The notes under the pieces were generated by a model that searched no databases, was not told the origin of the DNA, and saw nothing but the letters and a program-made list of their open reading frames with translations. Position numbers and translations under genes: made by a program. 64,000 nucleotides of DNA. Origin: Tubiluchus corallicola. Its lineage: Eukaryota; Animalia; Priapulida. Where the stretch lies: positions 62,001-126,000 of the forward strand of contig JAQGDQ010000117.1 in NCBI GenBank assembly GCA_030141605.1, in the 5' to 3' direction. Position 1 is the first letter of the stretch. Every line of letters begins with the position of its first letter. Positions 1 to 20,570 of the stretch are shown here, in pieces.

Positions 1-1043
1 GTCAAAATTCCTACATTCAATTATTTAAGAATACTAATTATTTACATAAGTGAATTAATAAAAAAAGAAAAGAAGAAATTGCACAAATCTCATTATTACC
101 ATTAAATATTACAAAAATTACTGTATGGTCAGTTGCTTCAAAAGTTGGTTTATGAAATTCTCATAATGATAAAAACGTTGAAAGTCTGTTACTGTATGCT
201 GCACATATTCAAGCAAAACATCTAGTGCTTGAGTTGCTATTGGTGATGACCTTGTTTCCACTGTGAAAAGCAGCGGGAACTTCAAAAGCAAACAGCTGGG
301 CAAATGATTAAATGTTTAACTTCCAAAAACTATGAGGTTAACTGCAGCGGATAAGCGGGCAACAGATTCAAAGCAAAACCGCTACGCTAACATATTAGTG
401 CATGTGATAAACGTACTGTACGTGCTTACAAACAAGGCTGGCCCTAACATGACTGTTTCTACGTATACTATAGTGCACAAAATCAACATAAAGATGATAC
501 AAAAGGAGCATTGGACAATTACAAGTGTTCTATTTTAAATATGTGAATGAAAAATACTGAGTCAATTATGTGAACTTATTTGATCACCGACAGTTTTTAT
601 ATACATTTGAATAGAAGCGGCCCATACCAGACGTTTATGAGTCAATTAGGTGACTGATTTTATTAACCATGAGTCTAATGAACATCACTTACTGTAATAA
701 GAACAACAAAAAAAAATCGTGACACAGCACACATTTCTGGTTTAGTTGCTAAATAATTGACCACCCTGGCATGGCTTTGTTTCGTTTTCATTCAACACTG
801 GAAAATGTTAGCAGTGTTAAATGCAGACTTAACGTATGTCAAATTACTTCAAAATTAATGATTTTCTCAACTTTTCTAAAAATTCCAGAAATGATATAAG
901 TCAATACACAAAAAATTTGTTTGCTCTTTTTAGAAATATGAAGATTAGTTGATAATGAGTCTGAAGCAGGACAAATTAGCTTGTGTCCATATTTTTGAAA
1001 AAAAAATCATGTAGTTCAAATAAAATGTTGATACGTATTGAGC

Positions 1044-4000
1044 CTAAATCACATCATGCAATGCCAAATGTTTCATTACGTTAGTTGGCAATTCAGTCAT
1101 AATGTCTGCATTTTCCGCCATTTTTGGGACATCAGAATACGGAATTCCCAATTCTCCTTCTTCGAAAGAAATGAGGGAACAATAACCATCACTGGATGAG
1201 CAAGCTAATATTCTTCCATCAGCTGACCTATAAAATGTGTAATAAATACACATTACCGAATATTTCATATAATTAGTAGTAACACTGCTAGCTTACCAGG
1301 CATACAAGTAGATCTTGCATAGATTGAAGCTTACCTACAGTGTAAAAGTTTCTAACACGTAGTTGAATAAACAAACATGAAAAGGAGTATATCACTGTAT
1401 GGGTATTCGACACATAAATGCAAACAAGATTCTAGACAAGATTTGTACTGTCAGATCCCTATCACATATTTTGCAATGGTATTACACGATGCATAAAGCC
1501 GCTAAACTGTACTACAGAACTGCTTCATTAGAATTAATATGAAGGAGTGTATTGACTAATTTCAAAATGAATTTACTTTTCGATGCTCAAATCAATTAGT
1601 AAACGCACTTACCAAGCTAGATCCGTTAAAATCGTGTAGTGAATATTGGAAACTGATGCAAAGGGAAAATTTTGCTGTGTATCATATAAAAGCACAGCAG
1701 TTTCCGTAGCAATGGCAAAAATGACCCTGTATGGCAGCCTGAAATAATAATTCAGTCATTATCACATGTTTTGCAACTTCAAAATAGTGCAAAAAACACT
1801 TAAAACGGTCTTGCAAATTGTGAGGCTATCAACATAAATAAAAAACTTATCTATATTGATTTATTATATTAGAACATTTAAGTACAATGGACTAAGGCAG
1901 GTTTATTTTGTTTGCCAGTTTACTAAGGATTATAGTCCTGTAAATATACACATACTTTAAAATACATTGTTATAAACTTTAACTGAAAAACTTTAATGAA
2001 ACAACAAAAAGATCATATATCGCACTACATGCTGTAACTTAAAATTATCCAACATCACCCACCCAAACACAGAATTGTACTGCTTCCATACTGGCTCATG
2101 ATTGTTATTCGTTGCATCAGCCTGCACGTACGAACGGTCAGAGGGTTTTCTTAGTTCAAACAGGACAGGACAGCAGCGTACGGCTACTGTGATCTTATCA
2201 AGAGACGGAAGATGAAGTGCTGGTCTGAAAAGAAAAAGCAGTATATCACCAAAATTTCACTCACGGCATAAAATAATGTTTTTATCAATGCAGTATGAGA
2301 ATGCTTTGCCAAGAACGCATACTTAGCAAAAGTTTGATCTGGTTAAACTGCTTCAAGATATGTTTAGACTGCTTCAACTTACTTACTTTGGCACTCTACA
2401 TTGATAATAGATCGTTTTTTTCAATTAAATGATGGCCATGCAAACAAACGCTCGTACAGTTTTACAGTATTTATTATTCATGAACTTAAAGTAGCTACAA
2501 TATAATGAGATTGATGTTCAGTGATTCTCATTTATTTAGAGTTTTTAAAGCACTGTTTGCAGGCTAAACAGCTAGTAGAGTAGGAAAGTTTTTGTGACAT
2601 AACATTAAAAATGTGGCAAATCTCAGAACATTAGTATGCTAGAAGCCTCACGGAGCAGTCATTCTAAAGTGAAATGAGAATAAAATGCCAGCATAGGTGA
2701 AAATTTTCTTTGAAGCCATAAAAGTCAAAAGAGTTACAAATGGTGAAGGTTACCTGGGACACTCTGATGTGTAGGACAGTAAATCTACAAATATTATCAG
2801 CCTCTAGGTTGCTGTAAAAAATTGTAGCTACGTAGTGACTCTGACTGATCTTGCCCTGTTTCCGAAAAAATGGCACAACACTTACGTGGGCTACTGCTTG
2901 TCCATTTTTTCACCTTGAAGTATTTGCTATAGGCTCTTTCTAATAATCATTTTATTTGCGTAGTTTTTACCATTTTAGTGGTGTATGGAACTACTTTCGG
3001 AAGGCAGAAGGCTATAGTCTGCTTCTCGCTATTGTTGATAAGAGTTTGCCTGGTACGTCATTTTGTGAAAATTTAAAATCCCTGGTCCTCGCTATCCCTG
3101 GTCCACCGTTAAAAGGGGTTATACCAAACTGAAGTGCAGATGTGCGGCTGCCTGCCCGTCAACTTTAAACATGAATGTTGCTTAATAAACACGTAATTTG
3201 CAGAGCATAAGGTTCTGTTTAACTTTAATTAATTTTATTAACAAGTGAAACAATAATAAACTTTATAATGCAATAGAAACAAGAGAGGTGAGTAACATAG
3301 CAAAAGATGAGAAAAAAGTAATACAAATTTGAGAATTGCGCAGGAATATTTGCTTACTTAGGCAATGATTTTCTAGTAAACACATGTGTAGCATTCACGT
3401 ACTGATCACCACTCTCAAAACATCCAGCTGAAACAGAAAGTTTAAATATTGTTACTTAATATTTTAAACTGTAAGAAACTCTGTACTAATTGGCCATGTT
3501 CTGTAAAAGCTACACATTGTATTATGCACATCAATATTACACCATCATGCAAGTAATGGACAAGATAAATCAGTTTTTGACGTTAGATGCAAACATGTGA
3601 TTTCAGTTGTCATTCCCATTTTTAATATCTATCCAATTTACCTACATTTCAAAAACAAGGTATCAGGTTAGAGCCTTGAGTCTAGATATGTCTAAAAGAT
3701 AGTTATATGAAAAACTTGTACAATATGAACAGTATTTATTATTAGGCATGAAGCCAAACAGAAAAGTTTGTTAATCACCAAACGATGATCATTTCTAACA
3801 TAACACACAATAACAACCGATCGCGCTTTCCTAATCAATTATTTCTACATAGCAGACAAGTTGCTGTATAACAAAGACAATTTCTATTGTACCAGGAACA
3901 ATGAGTAATTCTCCATCGGGAGTGAAACATGGGCGACGGACAAATGACTTCGTATTTTCATCCAGAAAAAGCCGAGATGATTTCACTTGAACCTAAAAGC

Positions 4001-6644
4001 ATAACACTAATTTATAAAAACTATTTTAGTGATTTGACTGGTTTTTTATGAAATGCTCACTATAGTAATAAAACAAATGACTTGTGAAAAAACTGAGATA
4101 TGCTGCAGTGGGTAACCAAAGAGAAGAATGAACGTGTTGTTATTTGCCATTCATGCGAATCACTGAAACTATCATACACTATACAAACTGGTACAACTTC
4201 AGGTACAGCAAAAGCATTGGCACAGTATTTAAGTATTTTGTAAGTGTAAAAGGCAAATTTACCGCTGCAAAGTGAAGGGAACAGTCGTAATTGACAATGT
4301 ATGCTTGGAAATCAAGGTAAGCAACACTAGACATGGATAGTAAATGAATGGATGACCATCAGAAAAACTACATCTGGACAACTTGCTTTCAAACTATTTA
4401 GCTCGTGAAAGGCAAATCTATATATATCTGAAGCAGTGATTCAACATCTGTCTATCTTTTCAGCTATCAGTCAGCTTCTGGGACCATCAGCTAAAAGCTA
4501 CTGCAGCTATACAAACATTCAGCTATTTCACGGAATTTTGGTCTCCGACTATCAATTATTGTGTAGCCAATAACAAGCATATAATTAACTGACATTAATG
4601 AATAGTCATTCCTGTGCTACATTTTTGTATAATAGCCCAAGAGTTACATTGTAAATGAAAAAACTCATGCACATGTATTTTTTGTTGCAAGAACACATTA
4701 AAGGAGTTCGAGTTATCAACTGCTTGCGCTACTTCTACAGCTATTACTAAGCTACCATTATTCGACATTTCAGCTAACAGATGAGCTAGCAGCTGTACTG
4801 GTGAAATAAGTGATCTGAAAGTGGTTACCAATTTAGCACAAATCAGCTGGTTTAGTACCTCATGTTAGAGAATTATCTTGACAACAATTTTTTTGAAATT
4901 CTAGTCCTGCCACAAAGATTAATATTATAAGCCCTGCAATTGAATTCTGGAACACCAGCTTGAGACTTGCCAAACTGTATAAGAAACAAAATGCGATTGT
5001 AACTGGGCAAGGTAGAGGTGTGACAAGAAAGCAGTTAACAACGCAACTACTTAAAATGGCTTACATTAATTTAACGTTGAACTAACTGCTAAACAAGTGA
5101 CTCATGTAAAAGTTAATATATAATTTTATTTATGTGCAATACTTGTGTTTCTTGGCAGCCTGGTATTAGACAAGGTGAATTGCCATGAAAAATCACCATT
5201 AGATAAGTAAACAAACTAAACCAAGAAATGCCGACCTTGCCATCTTCTAGCGGTACTGCTGTTGAAGTCTTTGTTAGATTATGGAGACATGCGAAATTCT
5301 GCACACTGTAGACTCTGCATGATCTGTAAAGCAGATTTCCTTTTATATGAGATTCAAAAGCAAATTTCCATTGCTACTACGACTTAGTCGTTAAAAATTG
5401 TTGTAAAAAAATCAAGAATAACAAACTGCAGTAAAATTGCAGTTAAGCAAAATTAAATTGACAAATTTGCTTAGAACTGGGATGACTTTCAGAGATGCAT
5501 TTAATCCTGATCACTTCTTCAAACATATCTCAAGTTTTTTGCTCACATGTCGGCCTATACACATACGACTTTGAAAACAGCAATATCTATTTTACCTGTC
5601 ACAACTACATGTTGCAATGAATTGATTTTTTGGATCCCAAGCTACGCCTTGAACGAAGCTGTTGTGATCAGTAAATGTTTTTAACTTCTTAACTGAAAAG
5701 AAAAGCTGTTATTGGTTGACTAGCTTAATGTAGATATAATAATCTATCTAATGAATTATTCTTTCTGAAGTAGGTAGTTCCAAACATATTATAACAGGTC
5801 AGTTAAATATGTAAGAACACAGCTATTTTGTTATTATAATAAAATATTTTAAGAGCTGTTATATGTTATAGTAATAACACATTATTGTGTAGAGGAGAAC
5901 TCAAAACTTCTGATTGATTCAGTGACTGATTCCTCGAACTAAGACACACTTCTTTCACCTTGGCAGAAGTCACACTACTGATAAACTTACATGTTCGTGA
6001 AGCATCCCACATCACTGCAGAGTTATCCACTGATCCAGAAATCAGATACAAGTTATCAGGTGACCAGGACAAATCACACACATCATCTAAGTGCCCTCTG
6101 TGAAAAACAATTTAGTTTTCATGCAACTTAATATATCATTACAGACGTGAACATACGATCACTGTTGTACAAGACGGCATTATTATTTCCGAAAATGTTC
6201 AAAATGTTCAGCGTGCACACTTAACATTTCATTCAATTAACAGCAACAATGAAAAGCAATTAAAACAGTTTCCACACTGCTTAACATTAGTAAGTGGTTA
6301 TCAGGCAAACTAAACAAAACAATCATAATAGCTTACAAACTGCAATTATAACAAACTAGCCAAGAACACCTTAACATTTTAAAAGCAGTCCAGGCTTCCT
6401 TGTTTTCAATTTCTTCATCTTCATCAAATATGCTTGCCGCCGAAACATCCTCATTCTTCTTCCATAAATATATGGCAGAATCTGAAAATAAAATGAAAAA
6501 CTAGGACTGAATGAATTTTATTAATCCATATACATAATGTATTTGTGGCGTTGGGTAAAGAAGAGAGAGGGAGATAGAGATAAGGCAAGGGAGAGAGTGA
6601 GGAAGAGAAAATGGAACAAGAGAAAAAGAGAGAGATATAAAGGG

Positions 6645-6676
<32 letters not shown>

Positions 6677-8574
6677 GAGAAAGAGAGAGAGAAAGAAAGA
6701 GAGGAGAGAGATAGAGAGAGAAAGAAAGAGAGAGAGAAGGGTAAAATAATGAGATAATAAAAATTAAGAAATGTGGGCAAAAAAATTTAGCCACATGATT
6801 TTTAAATTAAAATGCACTTGAAACTTACATAAAAAAATACAAAAGTACAAAACAGGTGATTTCAGGTACTTATACAATAACTGGCAAACAGATAATACGT
6901 TTTAAGAACATTTTTTTTAATTTTGCCATACCGTCATCTGCGGATGCAAGAATTTTTCCATTTGGAGAAAACCTAACAACGTTGACTGACTTTGCATGTC
7001 TCTTGAGATTTGAGGCAAATTGTATGGTAGCTCTGTTATTATCGTCAATGTCCACGTACCATATCTACAATATGAGAAGAATTTTGCTTTAATTAACTTT
7101 ATAATAATGACACTAAACATTAATTCATTAAAGGAAAACCGGATGACTGTGTAAACATGAGTTCAGAATAAAGAATGCTCTAAAATATTGAAAACTACAT
7201 TAGCTTGTTTTAAATGAAAGCTTAGATTAAATAATAATTACCTCATATACTCAAATTTCGTTAAACTTTCATAGCCACGTACGGCTCAGTGAATCTACTA
7301 AGATTGGCAGCGGCGCCCTTTTGTCACATTCGTGTGGCCGACAAATAGAAGGCGGTACCGTGATAACCATGATCATGAACTGCAGTGTTAGTTTCTGACG
7401 TCATATGATGTAAAGCCCATTTTTCATGACATCATGAGTTTAAACAGTACTGTAACACTTATGTAAATGTGCTTGATGCGCAAGGGACGATGCCTGCCAT
7501 TGCACAAGCTGTGTTTAGTTTCTGAGGTAAGCAATAGCTACGTTCGGTCGCCGTTAGTTAACTTTCTAAGCTAATTATTCAAATATAAGGAACAATTGTT
7601 AAGTTTTATGGGCAAGATAACGGATATTTTGGACGCTAAATTAAAATGAGATCGAGTCTAAACAATCGTCCGGTCTTTCTTTAATGAATGTTAAAGTTTG
7701 AAAAAGTAAATAGACACAGTTAATTTCGTTACTCGGGATGTTTACAGATTTTTGTAAGACAATTTCCTCTAGCTTGTTTTTCAAGTAATGTAACAGTTCT
7801 TGATAAACTTCTTTTCCTTAACAAAAGAAATCAGCAACAAAGGATTGTCAATCTCACATTATCAATTTTATTAGATGGCAGGTAAATTTTGGCAGTTTTG
7901 CATTAGAATTCATTGCCAAAGCATTTCAGTTAACTTATAATAAAGAATTGACTATTATAATACAGATTTAATCAGTCAAAGTGAGTACAGGATACAACGA
8001 AAATTAAAAAAAATTAACAAACGTGACCAACATATAACTGCTTTAACAAAATTAAAATTATATGCCAGAATAATCAAATGTTAGATTTCATCATAACATA
8101 AGAAACATAGTGTAAGGCCGAAAAATGCATCTCTGTTGCCGATTTGTCGACATTTTATACTATGGGTAGGTAATGACTTTATTTTTTTTTGTCATATGAC
8201 TGTAACACTTTTGTTTTCTAGGTCCAAGCAAAATTGTTTCTTTTATTAAGTGTATCCTGTATCCTAAACAACTGGCGACTATGATAAATGTAACAGCCCT
8301 GCAACTCATGTCATTTGCCCTACAGTAAAGGCCCACAAGTCATTAATGTTGTCACAATTACCATTAGATCATCCATTCACTTTGTATCAAGACCAATGTT
8401 GACAGGTGCTAATGCTATGTTAAAATCTCCGCAAAACACAACATTACTTACACGAACATATGCATCCACACCAGCAGTGGCAAGACGTCTTACTCTTCCT
8501 GACAAGAACTGAAAATCAAGACTGTAGATGGGCTGTCTTCCATGCCAAGCAATTTCAGGCGTTTCTAGTTTCAT
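1044..8574 (-). CDS. CHAF1B: Chromatin assembly factor 1 subunit B (CAF-1 p60, WD40), spliced; 3' end uncertain
   Basis: Exons 8574-8452, 7064-6932, 6481-6370, 6097-5991, 5692-5596, 5323-5236, 3992-3893, 3427-3358, 2224-2063, 1738-1613 and 1227-(1080 donor or 1044 stop). All introns are GT-AG with consistent phases. Peptides include [87 protein letters not shown] and [28 protein letters not shown], which match CAF-1 p60/Cac2. Confidence 0.96.
6558..6740. repeat. Degenerate (GA)n purine tract in CHAF1B intron 2
   Basis: Interrupted GA/GAAA/GATA repeats. The tract is pyrimidine-rich on the CHAF1B sense strand. Confidence 0.9.
7132..7680. mobile_element. Non-autonomous DNA transposon (MITE), Kolobok-like, TTAA TSD
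   Basis: TTAA (7128-7131) precedes AGGAAAACCGGATGACTGTGTAAAC, and the right end GTCTAAACAATCGTCCGGTCTTTCT precedes TTAA (7681-7684). The imperfect TIR aligns without gaps for about 57 bp (19/25 identical at the tips). The termini begin AG rather than the piggyBac CC. Confidence 0.75.
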
Positions 8575-8754
8575 GACACTTGCTTCTAGTCAAATTACAA
8601 ACTCTGAAAATTAAAAATCATTCAGCCAGTGTGTTTTTCTTTAAGTAGCAACTAACCGATAAGGTACCTACCTATAAAGGCTATATCATATTGACTTAAT
8701 TCACGCGAGTCATGACTAATATCAAAAATGTCTTAATTACTGGCTCATACTCAC

Positions 8755-9060
8755 CCAAGCAGCAAAAAAGCAGACACGGGACTGCTTGCGTTTCAATACT
8801 TCAAAGATTAGATGTAGACTATAACAATAAACAATGTATTATATTAATATTATTATTACTATTAGTATATTACGCATAAAACTGAATGTAGTAATAATAA
8901 ACCGGCAAGGGTGACAAATGTTTCAATTGACTACCATAAATTGCCAGTATACTAAAACGTAAAAAAAACAATTTCTAATCTTTGCTTACCACTTTCTGTA
9001 AATAATTTAATGAAACTTAGTGGAAACACTTTTAAGAAATTCGCACAAAATGTACAAAAA
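8755..9060 (-). other. CHAF1B: Putative non-coding 5' UTR exons of CHAF1B (about 9060-8990 and 8818-8755)
   Basis: On the minus strand: donor GTG|GTAAGC at 8990/8989, acceptor TTGTTATAG| at 8819/8818, donor TGG|GTGAGT at 8755/8754, and acceptor TTTTCAG| at 8604/8603 just before the ATG exon. No upstream ATG is present. The TSS position is inferred. Confidence 0.55.
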
Positions 9061-9148
9061 CTCCCGCGAAATGTTCGCTGGTGCTGCTCTCTAGGTTGTT
9101 GTTATCGTGCAACGCTACCTAGCGAGCGGCTTTGTAACAATTTGTAAG
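8990..9148. promoter_or_regulatory. Bidirectional promoter shared by CHAF1B and SUFU, with an E2F-like site
   Basis: The genes are head-to-head and the region is locally CpG-rich. CTCCCGCGAAA at 9061-9071 reads TTTCGCGGGAG on the minus strand and resembles overlapping E2F sites. Confidence 0.65.
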
Positions 9149-16789
<7,641 letters not shown>

Positions 16790-18940
16790 ATAGTTTCATC
16801 TCCTCAACATGCAAAAAAACCTCCTCGTTTCAATGGCTTTATATTATACAAAGATGGTCTGTGTTTGAAAGAACATTAACCATACAGCAAGATTGCACAA
16901 AACTGGTCTGTTGGCTAAAAAATGATGTACTTTAAATATTGCAGTGATAATGTGGTTTGAACTCAGGAACGTCTTTAATCCTTTCATAATTGGGATGTCA
17001 AACGGCTCTTCATCTATTAATCACTAATCAAGCATCAAATACGAAATACTAATTTCCTAGAGTAACAATCAACATATTTTCCCTTGAGCTCCTGAAAAAT
17101 ACATTTGGCTTTTATATTTATGTTTAGATAATTAATTAATTAGATGTAGAAAATAATTAATGTCAGGGCATTGGCTGAGCACCACACATATACCATATGA
17201 GCAGCGGTTGTGTTAGTATTAATAAATTTAAACAAAAATGTGTCATCTCAATTGAATGCCTCAGTACCAGGATTATTAAAGACATATTGATGTCAATTTT
17301 TCCAGTGTAAATGAATTGTTTGCCAGTAAACAGCTGAAACTGTTTGCAAAATGATTATAATTATGCTTTGAATACTTGTATGAATGGGCAGTGCCTTGAA
17401 TTTGCCTACTGGTACACTGTGGAGTTATTGGGTAGGCTGTTCTTACTTAAATTATATTGTGTACTTTGTGTTATATAAAATAAGTATTGATAAAGATACC
17501 GCTAGTAATGTGCTAATTAACATTTGTTTCTAAATAACTGTAATACATATATATTGACCTTTTAAATTGTTTATTTTCTCTTGAGACTTCTTTGTTTATT
17601 TTCTTGACTTTTCTTTGGTTCAATGCTTCGACTTCTGTTACTATATTGCGTTGTTATGTTACGGACCTGGTTACTACACTTTAATTACTAATTATGAACT
17701 GCATTATACTGGCGATCTATTACTTTACAGGAAAGGCTAAGCATTCTGGCAAGTTAGGATTATTTCACTGTTCGTGAACAGTGTTAGAAGAATTTAGTAA
17801 TAAAAGTGTGATAAGCGCCTTGTGTTATTAATACACTAATAAGAGCAGCATACTGTCAATTTCCTTCGAAATTATAGTAAGTTTTCACACTAAATTAGAT
17901 AGGTAATTTTGTGATATTTTGCATGAACATTAAATAATCTGCATAACACTGGATTAGTTGAAACAACTTGCGCTTACGGAAAGCCACAATGTACAATTGT
18001 TACGAAAAGTTGCAAAGTCTACCAGTTACATCATGTTTTTTTTAATAAATGGCGCCTATCACTGACGCCCTATCATCATACGAGTAATTTATTCTTGTTT
18101 AGAATTGATAGGCTAATTGGAAGAGCTATGCCAATTTCTCTGCATGGAGAAACTAAATTGTATTTATAGTATTTCTCATCTTCGGTTCTAATTATCTATT
18201 AATGAGCAAACCCTTTTTACTATTGTACAGTTATATAGTTATATTCAGTCTAATGAAGAGTACATACATTGCTTATTATTATTATTATTATGTGTTACAA
18301 CATGTTTTTACTCTTTTGTAAGTTTTAATTAGTTATTATTTGCAAACTCATTTTTACTGACAATTTTAATCATGTGCATTATCTCAAACACTTTAAGTAG
18401 AAGATGGTTTCTTTCAGAACAAAAAGCTTTGGAAAGGTGACCGATCTTTTAGTTAAAATCTACAGATGAAATTGGCCAAACCATTCATTTAAAGATAGTC
18501 TAGTTCTCGTTAGTCCAACAATAATTTTTATCTATATATAGTCTTTGAGGTTTACAAGTTACAAACTTGCAGGTGAAACGTTACAGGTAAAGAAAGGGGA
18601 ATTTTATATAGCGTTCCTGCTAGTACAAGCTCTATCTACAATAAGACAGCCTATAGGTTATACAAAATTTTAAGGAGATTTTTTAACTTCTTGTAAGAAT
18701 TTTGTTTTCTTGTTCGTAAGTGAAACATTCAGTAAATGCAAATCAAAAGTGTTTATCGCCAAAACTAACATGCATGACTAAAACTGGTTATTGCTTGACT
18801 GGCTTGGAAGAAAAATCTGAAAGAAAAAAGAATGCCAAACGACATAAGTAGAACAATAGATTACAGCAAACACAAGCAGAAAAATGAAGCTTACATTATT
18901 TAAGAGGAAAGCAAAAAATTACCAAGTAGTAAACTTTCGA

Positions 18941-19290
18941 ACCTACACAAAACAGCATGCAGATGCACATCTACCCAAAAGCACGTTTATGCACGTCTAC
19001 ATAAAAGCACGTTTGTACACGCGCATGCACGTCTACGCAAACCGCGTTTGTGCATGAGCGTGCACGTCTACGCAAACTGCATATGTGCATATCTGCAGAA
19101 AAGCGGTTTGTGCACGTCTACAAAAGCACGTTTACGCATATCTACAGAAAAGCGGTTTGTGCACGCACATGCACGTCTACGCAAAAGCACATGCACTCCT
19201 ACACAAAAGCACGTTTATAGAAAAGCACATTTGTGCACGCACATGCACGGCAACGCAAAACACGTACGTTTGTACACGCACGTACACAAA
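18941..19290. repeat. Degenerate minisatellite (about 26-36 bp units, GCACGTCTACNCAAAAGCACGTTTGT)
   Basis: Roughly ten variant copies of GCACGTCTAC / AAAAGCACGTTT / GCACGCACAT modules. Confidence 0.9.
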
Positions 19291-19699
19291 TATTAAATAG
19301 CTACCAATAATTAGTAATTTTACCGTCATTGTGTTGTAGCAAACACCATCTTAAAATTAATATGAAACCAGCAAAACGTTATTGCAAAGCTCTACATTAA
19401 AAAACAAACAAATGCACTTGCAACTCATGTTAATTCGACTTTGAAATTTTACGTATTTAGAATAAATGTGTTATAAGTATTTTCCGAATTAGGGGTGGGT
19501 ATTAAAATGTTTGTACCAAATATTTCCCAGTATTGACGCACCACCAATTTATTAAACATAATGTTATAGGCCTACAAACAGTTACTTGAACAATCTTATG
19601 TCTTATGACACAGTTTACATATTTAAATACAATCACGTTTTTTTTTGCAAGCTCGTCTGTAGTTGTGCTGTTCGTCTGTTATTATTGAAATAAATTTTT

Positions 19700-20115
19700 T
19701 CTTCTGGTCTTTTAGCCAAACCCTCACTAGGATAAGGGCATGGCAGAAGGTACCTACAGCCTAATCTTATTTACCCGGCTTCCATTGTATAATGGATGTG
19801 ATATATTCAGGATTTTAATTATCAGGGTGCCGGGCGTGAAGATACTGTCAGATGAGTGATTATTGTTGAATCAATTGTCTAATTGCTAGGGAGGAGCTTG
19901 GCTACTAAAGCTAGACGAATTCATGGAGAACTAATCAAGGGCTAATTTTACTTAACTCTGGCTTGATTGAATTGAACACAATGAGCTGGTCAATAGCAGC
20001 TGATTTGGGCTTTCGATGCTGGAGCTGGATACCGGATGTGTTTCTAGTTTATCATGGTTTAATAGGCTAGTCCAGTACCCGCGTATGCCTATTGTGAATG
20101 TCAAATGTGCGCGAA
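19700..20115 (-). mobile_element. Possible decayed 3' end of an RLE-type non-LTR retrotransposon
   Basis: The minus strand reads LTFTIGIRGYW...SSLCSIQSSQ, similar to the terminal 'xxxGxRGxW ... SxxxIxxS' segment of restriction-like-endonuclease LINEs. The patch is relatively GC-rich. The match is short. Confidence 0.3.
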
Positions 20116-20199
20116 GTCAGTTAAATAATCACTATTTTTACTTTAATGAACCTCCATACTTTAATTATTGTTTTTAGTTATTGTTCATGCATGGCGATA

Positions 20200-20570
20200 A
20201 CTACTTCATCACCAGTGCCGTTAGCGCCGCCATGGCCACTATTACCATTATTGCCTTTGTTATTACTACCAATGCCCGTATCATTGTTTTCGATACTGCT
20301 ATCATGATCATCATTGTCTTCATGATCATCATCGTCGTCATGACTGTTGTTACTGTTGCAAATATTGCCGTGCTTCGAAATTATAAGCATAAATACCTAC
20401 GTAAGTAATAACTACGTACTGGAAAGACATCAGCAACAATTGCAGCAGCAGCAAAACACTACCACCGGGACCGCCACGATGAACGACGGTGAAGCGTCTT
20501 GCTGATTGTAGTCACTTTTGCTGCTTTAGTTATTAGGGCCTACATTGCCGTCATCCCTGTCACCGTCAAT
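20200..20570. repeat. Degenerate trinucleotide low-complexity tract (ATC/ACC/GCA)
   Basis: Period-3 low-complexity sequence. The overlapping ORFs are by-products. Confidence 0.7.

Noticed and set aside
118-303. 61-aa ORF as the next CHAF1B exon
   Set aside because: It has no CAF-1 p60-like sequence, and its best acceptor is out of phase with the phase-0 donor at 1080.
759-768. GACCACCCT near-GLI site (also in Emx exon 1 near 41543) as Hedgehog feedback
   Set aside because: These are isolated one-mismatch sites, expected by chance.
2520-4166. CAGTGATTC ... GAATCACTG inverted pair as an hAT element
   Set aside because: The match is only 9 bp with no TSD, and it would enclose two conserved CHAF1B exons.
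18789-18799. Partial matches to conserved miRNA 5' ends (miR-137-like here, miR-31-like near 22650, miR-219-like near 31910)
   Set aside because: The matches are only 10-11 nt, the 3' halves diverge, and no supporting hairpin is evident.
18941-19290. CRISPR-like appearance of the repeat arrays (also 25478-25845)
   Set aside because: The context is eukaryotic, the units are degenerate and contiguous with no unique spacers, and there are no cas genes.
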